Shown: piece by piece, positions 1 to 10,577 of the stretch
How the letters are laid out: each line of letters starts with the position of its first letter
Numbering within the stretch: position 1 is the stretch's first letter
Assembly (NCBI GenBank): GCA_049999805.1
Contig: JBNGIO010006112.1
Coordinates: 1-63,806, forward strand
DNA: 63,806 nt
DNA from: Folioceros fuciformis
Lineage: Eukaryota
Direction: 5' to 3'
The notes under the pieces: generated by a model
Told to the model about the DNA's origin: nothing
The model's database searches: none
Seen by the model: only the letters and a program-made list of their open reading frames with translations
Program-made: the position numbers and the translations under genes

Positions 1-403
1 GGTTTGGGGGAGTTGCTATGGGCAGCGAGCTCAAGGTAAGTTGGCAGAAGGGTGATTTCTGCTGGGGAGGGGGTTCCTGTGGGGGGGGTGCACCTTGAAG
101 GTTGGGGGGTGTATCTCAAATAGAATCTGCATCCACTAATGCTGGTGGGGGAAACATCTTGCTCATGTTCACCGTTATTGCAGCTAGATCATTACCTTTA
201 CTTTGTCACTGGCGTGAATTTCAAGGCCTTGGCAATCGCTACCTTGTTCTAAATTTGAAGGGGGTTGCTGTGAGGAGAGCGCGCGCTGAAGGTTTTTGCC
301 TTGCTCTGTGTGTAAGATGTCATTCTTCTATGCAGCAGAGTAGCCAGCTGTTGCTAGCAATGCTGGATAGTCAAATGGATGGTGAGCACTTATCACAGCT
401 TGG

Positions 404-510
404 CTGAACACTAAATCAGCCTAGTTGAACACTAAATCAGCTGAACACCATTATATCCTGATTGAACACCAAAGTAACCCAACGGAACACCAAATCAGCT
501 AAACACCATC
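404..510. repeat. Degenerate short tandem repeat (GAACAC(C/T)AAATCAGC-like units)
   Basis: CTGAACACTAAATCAGC, TTGAACACTAAATCAGCTGAACACC, TTGAACACCAAA, GGAACACCAAATCAGCTAAACACC recur at irregular spacing. Confidence 0.6.
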
Positions 511-541
511 ACACCTCGATTCTTCAGCGGACTTAGGAGCG

Positions 542-913
542 CTAGTGTTGAAGTACGTATCTACCAAAGACCAACTCGCGGCCATTCTTACCAAGCCCTT
601 GGGGAAATCAAACATGAGAGCTTCTGTTCGAAATTAAGACTTGTTGGTTTGTGATGTTTCAGATCATCTCGCTTCAAGGGGGATGTGTGAAACTGGTTCG
701 TTTCGTGAAGCTCGTTTTTCTGAATAGGCATCATCGTAAGAGACACGATCCGAACAGACCCGACTCCTCCTCGTGCAGACTTGTTTAATACCTTCGTACA
801 TGCTCATAATTAAAACACACACACTTTGCATTCTCTCCTCTCAGTTGTGTGTGCTGCTCTCCTTTACTTTGGTTCAGTCACCATGCATGAGAGTCATAAC
901 CGGCCGGTTAACA
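542..913 (+). mobile_element. Ty1/copia LTR retrotransposon 3' remnant (RNase H C-terminus, PPT, short putative 3' LTR)
   Basis: 542 onward reads LVLKYVSTKDQLAAILTKPLGK, the typical copia RNase H end. After a 1-nt frameshift it continues KHESFCSKLRLVGL*. A purine tract AAGGGGGA (676-683) is followed by TGTGA (686) ... TAACA (913), an LTR-like TG..CA segment. Confidence 0.75.
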
Positions 914-1098
914 GTGCTTCGTGGCACTGACAGCCCGGTCATAGTGTAAACCCGCCCTCCAGAGAGCTTCCCTGCTGACATAACCTGCTTACGGTTACAG
1001 CCGTAACGACGCCCATGTCGGATCCTGCCTGTCTGCCAGGCCCAGATTTACCCTGAGAGGTATATGTATTCCGGATCAGAGGGGGCACCATGGCCCAC

Positions 1099-1302
1099 CT
1101 GCATATCCAAGGAAAGGACCTGCTCGTCAACCCAAGCTGGCTTGAACACATTGTTCAGCCACAGCCCCTCGCCGGAGCCCTTACGTCGGAAGTCCAGGGA
1201 CGGTGAGCTCTTCTTATCTCGTCTGTTGTCCCACCACATGGAAAGGTCCAACAAGAACCGTTGCCACGTGTGTTGCTGCTCGTGCTTCTCCTCCTGCTCC
1301 TG
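1099..1302 (-). pseudogene. OSB (organellar ssDNA-binding protein) PDF-motif fragment; pseudogene or divergent exon
   Basis: WQRFLLDLSMWWDNRRDKKSSPSLDFRRKGSGEGLWLNNVFKPAWVDEQV resembles the OSB PDF motif (WWDNRxxKxNPxxPDFKHKDTGEALWL...PxWV), with PDF changed to LDF. No clean upstream SSB domain in the same frame. Confidence 0.6.
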
Positions 1303-1998
1303 GCGACCACCATGGCCGGTAGACGCAACTAGCGGCCGGTAGCAGGAAAACGCAGGGTGGCCGGTAGCAGTAGCTGGGGTGCGAGGTAGAGACCCAGAAG
1401 GAGTAAGGTTCCCTGCCCATGCCCGTGCTTGCCTGGTAGTTTCGGGGGTGCGTAGTTTGGTACAGTGGAACCTTAACCCCGAGCGGGTATGCCAGAGTCC
1501 AGCTACCTGAAATGTTTGCTTGCAGAGTGGTGGCGTGTGCATTCAATCAACCTGCAAACACCTTTGTGTTTTCTCCGACCGTAACAACCAGCCGGGGAAT
1601 CATGCCGTGCCGTCCTCACCCGAACAATTTTCAGGAAGTTGACGGGGGAAGTGAAGGTGCTGGGCTCCTTACACTTTGCATATCGAGGCTTGCTCGAACC
1701 GCCCTGTAGCAACTGGCCCTTATGTCTAAAATTCGTAGAAATAAACATCGTAGATACCAGGATGTGGAGCCTCCCGAAGAAGACAAAATCGAAGCATCGC
1801 AGATCCGAAGAAGGAGCCATTCGAGAGAGAGCCACCAATCCGCCCGCCAGGGAGTCCCATGCCAAATTAAGACAAGTCATGGCTGATGCGGCCGTTGGAT
1901 ACCGTCACAATACCGCCGGCAACGACAAGGCCTGGCTATCATGAAAGGCGAGCTTGCGCTGTGGCTCAGCCTTGTGTCCAGTTTGGCGAGGGACTGAC

Positions 1999-4199
1999 AT
2001 GGATTCTCTTCCTGTCCTCGCTGCGCACGCTACTAGTGCACAGCGCGTGCTAGAGGCAGTGATTTCCTGGCGATGGCCAATTGTGGCTACTCTGGTTCCC
2101 GCCATAGTCATTTACGTCTATTGGTCATGGCCCTCCTGGAAGGTGAGGCACATTCCTGGACCTCCCACAATCTTCGGCATTGGCCATCTCCATCTGCTGG
2201 ACAAGCATGGGGCAGAGTTGTTCCCGATGCTGCGAGAGAAGTACGGGAACATTTACAGGTGTTTGCTGCTTCCTGGGACTCCAGGCGCTCGTCTTTTGCA
2301 CCAGCTCTGCGTGCGGTTCCGATGTGTAGCGAAGACGTTTGTGTCTCATGTTCCCTGGCGTTGGTTGCAGATTCCACCTTGGGAGGCAACCCCTCATCAT
2401 GCTTGCCGATCCGGAGCTCTGCAGACTGTTGGCTGTGAAGAATGCTAAGCTAGCTCCCAACCGATCGACACCTCCTTACGTTACTTGCAACCCCGTTCTA
2501 CAAAGGGGTCTATTCTTCACCAGGTGTGTTTGTTTGTGAATCTCCTCATCCGCTCTCGGCATCGGTTTGAAAAATCAAGGGGCAGGGCAGCCAGCTCAAA
2601 GACAGCCTTCTGTCGCTCATGTCAGGGATGACCGATGGCGTGCCATGCGCAACATCTTCCTGCCTCTGTTCCACAAATCAAGTATCGTGAACTACCTGCC
2701 AGTGATGACAGAGCGCGCCGACAAGCTGTGCACCGTCCTGGATCACTTGGTGGAGCAGAACGCCGAGAAAGCAGATGTCAACATGTCCAAGCTGCTGCTC
2801 AGGGCGACAGTGGACGTGGTAGGTGCAACGGCCTTCGGCACCAACTTCGGGCAGCTTGACTCGACCAAGATCAAAGTGGTTTCTGATAAAAGCGAAGAAA
2901 ACGAAGATCAGGACCTCATCAACAGCATACTGACAGCTATAGAGCTGCTGAGGATGGACGGTGGAGCTTCATTGAGCATAGTCTTGGGGATCATGATGCC
3001 CATCCTACAGCATCTATTGGCATTCCTTCTCGAGAGGATTCCGGGCACCTTTGACTACACCCAGGTACTACAGAGCGACGCATACACAAGCTCCCAAACA
3101 TGTCATGCGATGAGATTCTGTGCCCCCAAATCTGCAGTCTGACTGTTGTCTGCACTTGCACTGCCTGGTCGTGGCCAGAAAAAGTTGAACGCAAGCATTT
3201 GCAAGCTTACGGACGACCTGATGGAGCGCCGTAGGCAGGAAAGCAAGGAAGTGCAGCGCAATCGCGTTGATACTCTCAGCTTGATGCTCAAAGCTATGGA
3301 TGAGGACAAAACCACCTCAAAGATACTCACCCCAGAATACGTCACTGCCCTCAGCTACGAACAGCTGCTGGCTGGCTCGGACACCACGGCCGCCGCCTTG
3401 AGCATGGTTCTCTACACCGTAGCCATGCACCCAGATGTGGAGAAGAAGCTGCTGGCTGAGATCGACGCTTTCGGCCCTCCTAGCAAGAACCCAACTGCAG
3501 AGGACCTGGATTCTAAGTTCCCTTACGTGGATCAGGTTCTGCTGCCGCAGCTGATGTGCTTGAATATCCTACTGCCTTTCCATCCCACAACTCTGCTGGG
3601 AAGGGAAATAATCATCATGTGGTGTGCCTCCCCGCAGGTGATCAAGGAAACGGAGCGGCTGCACTCAACGGCACCCCTCATCGCAAGAGAAGCCTCGGAG
3701 GCCATGGACTTGGGGGGCTACCACATCGAAAAGGTGACGACCCATGCTCTGACGCATTCCAAGCTCATGACTGTGAAATCGCCGAAGACGTATCAGCATT
3801 TCATGTCGGTCTGAGCAGCAAGAACTCACAGATGCGTATGGCCAATGGATGCATGAACAGGGAACTTGGGTGTGGATGGCTGCCAATGCAGTCCAACGAC
3901 ATCCAGACCACTTCTCCGACCCGGAAAAGTTCAGGCCAGAGAGATACGACCCCGAGAGCGAGGAGAGCAAGAAGCGGAACCCCTACACCTTCCTCGTCTT
4001 CGGAGCAGGGCCCAGAATGTGCATTGGGCACAGGTACTCGATGCAAGAGGTTCAGGTCATGCTCATCAAATTGTACCAGAAGTTCACCTTCCGCCACTCG
4101 CCGCTCATGGAGTACCCGCTCAAAATCCAGTTCGGCATCATAGCCAAGCCCAAGTATGGAGTGTTGCTGCAACCACAGCGCCGCAATCGCGCCGTGTGA
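1999..4199 (+). CDS. MAX1: Cytochrome P450 CYP711A (MAX1-like), 6 exons
   Basis: N-terminal TM helix plus IPGPP. RFHLGRQPLIMLADPELCR and SYEQLLAGSDTT are CYP711A-type signatures; ExxR (ETER), PER and heme motif FGAGPRMCIG are present. GT-AG introns join the ORF pieces. Confidence 0.9.
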
Positions 4200-5086
4200 G
4201 AGCAACTTCACAACCTATAGCCTGTTGCCGTTCTTGAATCCTACTCCAAGCTTTCCGCCGCACACACACATGGCTTCCGGTATCCCCCGGGCCCGTGGTG
4301 CCCACGCCTTCTCCCGGACCCTAGCAGGACACTGCGCTCACACAGCTTCTGTCAATAACCTTTCAACTCCATTGGAAATGAAAGTATATTTCCTTTGGCC
4401 CCTCCTTCTCCGTTACCATGTTTTCATACAGTTTTCAAGCTCTTGTTTTCAGAGTTTTTAGGGTTTTAGAATGAACAACTTTTCCTTCTATGTACATTAT
4501 CACACGTGATCTACATATTCGAGATTGTTCTCTCGCTGATGTGTTCCTCCGATCGAACACTCCTGTCGGATAAGTGCGCACCGGCATCCATTCATAAATC
4601 ATTCAATTGGGCGGGAGCCGTCTGCAGTGCCTTGGGCTTCCCAACTGACTGTTTCTCTCCTCTCCATCAAAGCCAGACAGTTGAACCATGGGTGTGCTAA
4701 ACTCTTCGTTGTGGCCACAGCATTGACGGCAGTCTGACGCTCAAAGGGAGTTACCTCGCTCCCGAGCGACGACTTCAAATGTTACAAAGTTACAAACTAT
4801 TTGAACATGTAAATATGCTGCTGAGGGAATGCACACAGGAAAAGACGATATTGCCAAAGCCACAACTAGCAAGCTAAAGCAGGCCCCGGAGTCGATCACG
4901 GTCTTCACATACGAACACCGATATTGACTTACACCACACATGCCACCACCTGTTACGCCCATCCTTTCGGCGTCACCACCCGCTGGTACAATGACCGATT
5001 CACAATCTGGTTACACGAAGCCGAGGTTAGTGGTTGAGGTCGCACTGCACTGATAAAGGCAAAACCTAAGCACAACGAACAAGGGT

Positions 5087-8000
5087 TTAACCATTGGAAC
5101 AGACCAGCAGTGTGTTAAGAGGCCCCTGCAGAGCCTCATCGTTGATAGTGATTCCAGTCAAATATATGTCCAACGCTGCCTGGAGCTGCGAATCTTCCTC
5201 CAGCAACCTGGCCTTTTCCGTCTCTATGTTGAGGTGGTCGAGTTGGACCTGGAAAATTGTACACCATCCTTAGTCAAGGGAAGTACAAAGGGCATATCCC
5301 ATACAGCAACAGAGACACGGTTGAAATTGTGACGTGATTCGGTTCCTACAATCCTGTTGACCCACCTTGTTAACACGTTGGTTGAATTTGCTCAGGTAAT
5401 CCACTTCTTCAACTTCCACCCCCGTGTCAGTAGTTACAGCATAGGAAGCAAGACGTATACCAGCTGTCGTATCCACAGGAGGAGCACGGCCCACTTCCAC
5501 TGCGTTTAGCGACAGTCTAGGAACAGGGCTGAAGCTTGCTCTAGATCCTCTTTGATTAGGTCCAGTTCCCTCTGCTTCAACAGAGCTGCTCAATGGCTGG
5601 GCAGTCCCAGCTCCAACAGAAGACTCGTAGAAGAACGACAAGTCTGGGGACGAGATTTACGACGAGTTAAATATTCATCAAACATTCAGGTGTACCTTTT
5701 CCATATTTTCACGATCCAACGCTGGACCATGAAGGAAACCACGCAAGCACCTAGTGGTTCCATATTAAAGTGAGGGAAGTACTTTTTCTCTTTTTTTGCG
5801 GCTCAGGCAAATCAGTTTCCTCATCCATTTCTACCACGGGCAGTGTTGGAATAGTTGAACAATGGAGTGGACTAAACGGAAATATTCTTTCGTGCTCTGT
5901 TTCAAACTGTCACATCCAAAAAGCAAGCACCCATCACAATTCAGAAAACAGTCCACTCGGCAAAGAATCTTTCAAGACATTCACTTACTTTGCTATTCAT
6001 AATGGCCAGCCTGATTAGCCTGTGCACCTTCTGGAGCTTGTCTTTCAAGTCCAGAGTTGTCTCTCCGCTTACAACTGAAATTGCCTGTCAGAACTGAATC
6101 GTGACAATTCTACTACGTAAACCGCATTCTACCCAGAGTCAACTTGACGGAGAAGACTTGTCAGAGAGTTGCCACCCACTTTTACCTTCAGTTTCTCGTG
6201 CTCAGAATTATGCAATTTTGTCAGGGTCTTTTTCAAATCTTGGTAATGTCCGTTTATCTCATCTTTCTCCTCGCGTAGAGCTTTGTTTGCTGCATCCCAT
6301 TCTTTGCTGAAAGATAACATGAAGTACAAGATTGTTGGCTGTCACGTTTGTCTCTTGCTTTCAAGGAATCTCTTCAGGTAAAGACAGATCAACCTGTTCG
6401 TGGTAATCTTTGCCCGCCACATTGCGAGGAGTTCATGTAGATGAATCAGCTTCCTCATCCGTTGCTCTATGAGACGAGAGTCGATAGCATCTTTAACAGA
6501 AAGCTCCTTGAAGGCTTGAGTCTTCGTCTCGGTACTGGCAAGATATTGCTGCCAGTCAGAAGACAACACGTCGTCACACATCACTCAGCGGCCATAGCTT
6601 CTCCATTCAGGTATTGCTGCATCGGTTTCCAGCAAAGTAGAGCAATGAAGGAGTGTAAGTAATGAGAGTGAACAGCTTTCAAAGACCTGATGTGCTGTTT
6701 CAATTCTGCGTTCCAGATCTTCTATCTGGCCTTCAAGGGATAGCTTCATCACATTATACTCTTCTGCCGCCTTGTTCTGGAGGTAAGCGGCTCATTGTAA
6801 GTGAGAGATACTGTCTGGGATGTTTGCATCACAGTACAACCAAGAGATTCTACATCCAAAGGCTTTGCCCTGAGACAAAGAGAGAAACTTGAGCAGCACC
6901 TTCAACTCCTCTCGATTGGACTCAAACTCCTGAGTTTGCTCTAGACGAAGCTCATTAAACTCTTCTTCCATCTTTTCCATCATATTATTCATTTCCTGTT
7001 AAAGTCGTGCCAAGTAAGAGGCTGTAGCTAACATCTCCGAAGATCAATGTAGAATGCATTGGGCACACGGCTGTTGCAAACCTCCTTGTGCCTTGCATGA
7101 TCAGCAACAATGTTATTCCTTTCAGTGTCAAACACTTTCTGCATCAACTCCAGAAGAGACTGGAAATCTTCGCCCATAGCCTGAATAAGGGACAAGAGCT
7201 TATTAGTACGGACATAAATAGCCAGCTGAAAAGAGAGGAAACCAGTAGAAGGACATCAGCACCTTAAACCGAAGATAATGAAAGTCAATCGTCCCATCGA
7301 TGTTTTGCAAATGACTGGAATAAGAAGTTCTCCGTTGTGCTTCCGACTCCTCCAAATCAGTTCTCAACGTCTGGATCATGGTATCTTGTCTTTTCACCTG
7401 CAAACGAGGCAATCATCTCACAGTTCATATCCTGCAAAGCTTGCAGTCAGTGAAGTAGGCTTCAGGTCAGTTACCTGATGCTGATGTTCCTGAGCAAGCC
7501 ATAGAATTTCCTTCCGAAGTTCAGTTACTTTGGAGCTCCGCAGCATCCTCCGCCAATGCGTTTGAATTTTCCGCAGATTATTTTTGGTTAATTCTTCCTC
7601 CCTTGCCTGGTAGCATGTGATCATATTTAACCACAATCAGTCAAGCGCAAAGCCTTCAGCATCAGAAGCAAAATGCGGCTTCTAGCAGGAATAAACGCGA
7701 AACATAGACTACTTCTCTCCTTGGCACATACTTGACTACACAAAAAGAGACGAAGGCAGTAAGTCTCCTTTGACGACATAAACCCCTCACCTGAAGCTGC
7801 TGAAGGCGAGTCATTCTTTCCTGCTCTTTCTTCTTCCTTGCTTCGTCGGCCTGACAAAGTAAGCATCTCAATCAGCGGCACCGACAATGAAAGAACATTA
7901 GACCTCGAGTGGGTCAGTGCGTGCGACTTGTAAAATAATTCGTCTCAACACACTTGTCACATCCACGGGCCATATTAAAGTACCTTCAGTGCCAGCATTT

Positions 8001-8237
8001 GGGCCTTGATTATCTTCTCCTCGTCTGTGAGAACCTTCTTTTCCTGATGTCACAGCCATTACGACGGCCATCGCAGGTAAGTGGACATGCGCAATTCACT
8101 GTTCATTACAGTCTAATCCGCATGGCAGACAAAATTCCCATTCTCTTGGAACGTCACGCCTGGAGTCAAAACTGGGAATAGTCAGCTGTGCTTACCGCTT
8201 TCCCTGTCTTCCCTTTGCCTCCTCGCTTGGGTCCCAT
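5087..8237 (-). CDS. DRC2: Dynein regulatory complex subunit 2 (CCDC65), multi-exon
   Basis: ATG at 8237 (MGPKRGGKGK). Exons KIQTHWRRMLRSSKVTELRKEILWLAQEH, DLEESEAQRRTSYSSHLQNID and last exon LDIYLTGITINDEALQGPLNTLLV* match CCDC65/DRC2 coiled-coil motifs. Confidence 0.8.
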
Positions 8238-8954
8238 TTTTGAAGCTACTCGCGATCGCTCGAGACAAAAACAAAGTAGTGCAATCGAAAAACCATCAGC
8301 CAAATGCGCATGCCCCTACAGAAATGTCTCGATGCCTTCGCCGTGAACAGGGTCGGGAGGCAACAGGTGCTACGCTAGATCCCCTCAGGAAGGGGAAACC
8401 ACGTAGCAACGGACACCACCGGATCTGCCAGCCACAGAGTACAACAGCGGGCTCCGGAAGCAAGAAATCGCCTTCCGCTGAGGACGGCGTTGCAAGGGGA
8501 GTGAGGGAGAGAAAAGATCGGGGCTGGAAGATCGAGGGCATTGTCATGTAATCGGTGATGCGGTCGGAGCGCACGTCGCAACCAGCCGCCATTTTAGCAC
8601 CAGTTAACGTGCATGTTAGGTGGACCCCTAAAACAACAACCCCCAAGACGCGAAAGAGTTCTACTCTCACTCGGATTTAGCTACCATATGTAGGTTTTTA
8701 CTGGCCCCGGTTGTGATGGAAATACTGCCATGGCGCCAACGAACCTTGAGTAGCACGCTTTCGCGCCAGGGTTTTGCGTCCATCAGTCACCTCTAAATCC
8801 TGATCCGTGCGTAAATCTTGGTTGGATGCCGAAGCGTATCTTTCGCTTTTACACTAAGAGAGGCGCCTTTCGAATTTCTCTTCGCTTGTCAGCAGGTAGA
8901 TCGTTTTTAATGTTTGAGTTGTGCATTAGTGACGAGACAGTGAAGAAAGCGAGT

Positions 8955-9145
8955 GTGCAGACATCATGATGGACGTTTACCATACAAGCTGCTGTTTCAT
9001 ATCTCGCTTTACAGACTCAAGCAAGGCATGGATGCGAGCACACCTTGCATTGCAGCTTGTCCCTGATGATGTTTGTGCTCCTTGTGTTCCATCTCACAGA
9101 GCAGGTTTCTCAAGTAGCTCCAGCGTTCGTTCCCATGAGCCAGGT
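8955..9145. repeat. Dispersed intronic element copy 1, with partial inverted duplication (hairpin 8955-9078)
   Basis: Shares GTGCAGACATCATGATGGAC (20/20) and ATACAAGCTGCTGTTTCAT (19/19) with 48206-48260. 9101-9127 is the near reverse complement of 48118-48145. Confidence 0.75.
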
Positions 9146-9569
9146 ACTACTGTGGCAGGAGTGTAGGAGTGTTTGTAGGCCGAAGGACTGTAGACTCGAT
9201 CACGACAGAGTGCCAATTTCAGATTAACAGTCTTTCCAAGGAGCGGGATTTCGACCCCTGGTTGGTGCACATCTCTGCTTCCCTGCATCTGTTTTCGTAT
9301 GGACATGCATACCTTCGGGCAGTTCTTCTTTCTGCAATCTTGAAGTTTCCTTCACCTTGGATCCGCATATGTATGTGGTTTGTGGTTGAAAAGTTTCTCG
9401 AAGTCAGATTATGCTCTTCAGGTACCCAGTCCACGTAGATGACAAGATAGATTCCCAGGTACGTTATAAAAAACAGTTCCTATATGGAATTTAGATCCTA
9501 GGGTTTTAGGGTGTAAGACTGAGCGACTAAGGTTCCTTACGCTGTCGCGACCTATGTTAGGCAGTTTCC

Positions 9570-9809
9570 ATGGCGCCAACGCAGTCTCAGCATCATGCGT
9601 CGACGCCAGCGGGGGAGACGCGACAAAGAAGGGAGCCTCCTTTCAAATTTCTTGTTCCTCTCGTCTATGCTCCGATCCTCCCCTTGATCAGAATTGGCTT
9701 CCGAAGGCAGCCGATCCTGCGAGATCGTCTATTTGGCGGAGTCCTGGCGTTTGGCCTGTTGCATGGGGGCTACTTGGTATCGCAGCTTTACGACATTGAA
9801 AGCAAATAG
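9570..9809 (+). CDS. Small conserved plant membrane protein of unknown function (79 aa), with a long 5'UTR intron (~8896-9560)
   Basis: REPPFKFLVPLVYAPILPLIRI...RDRLF...HG.YLVSQLYDIESK resembles a conserved uncharacterised small plant protein. It has two hydrophobic stretches, and an AG acceptor lies 9 nt before the ATG. Confidence 0.75.
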   Translation: MAPTQSQHHASTPAGETRQRREPPFKFLVPLVYAPILPLIRIGFRRQPILRDRLFGGVLAFGLLHGGYLVSQLYDIESK

Positions 9810-10577
9810 GAGTTTCAGGCCCAGGCACTTCCAACGTCCAGCCCATTGCTCGGAATGTAAGCTCTGCGCCACGTGGATCTCATCTCAGGTTTTGGGAGTT
9901 GAGGTCTCACAGCCCACGCATTATCAGCAGGCCGACCCTAGGAGAAGTGTACCCAGTTGCTGGTAGAATAACGGATTCTGCGGGCCTGGCTTTCTTACCC
10001 TCAATGTAGAGTCTGACATCCTGACCTTAACGTGGGCTCGTCTTCTTCCGTCGCCCTCGTATAATATCTACATGGCTCTAACAGCCTTCATCACTACATC
10101 CGCTGATCATCCACCGACAGTGCCTCCTACCGTGTGTGGCAAATACACTGTTAAGGGGCTCCAACATTAGGTTAGCTTCAATGGTTCAACAGGAATCCTA
10201 TCTTACTGCCTAAGTAAGTTCGTTGAGTTCATCACCGACGGAGCAAGAACTCACATTGTTGTCACGCTGTGCCTTGCAGCAGGCCGTCGTCTTCAGCGTT
10301 GTTTAAGGAACAGTGAAGAGGATTACATAGGTACAACGAAATAAGGCGACACCAATACCAAGAGCAGGTGGCGGGTCCTCATATGCAGCGCATGCAACAA
10401 TCGGGTTTCCTTCGAGATCTGACGCGTGCGAAGTGGAAGGGAACTACTCTCCGTGTAAAGGAGTGCCAATTTGCTGATGGCGGTCCGGTCATGGGCACGT
10501 ATCCTAACATAATCTCGGGACCGAGAAATCAAAAATTTGAGAGCCGCTCTCTTGTACCTACAATGACGTGCCGAAAC

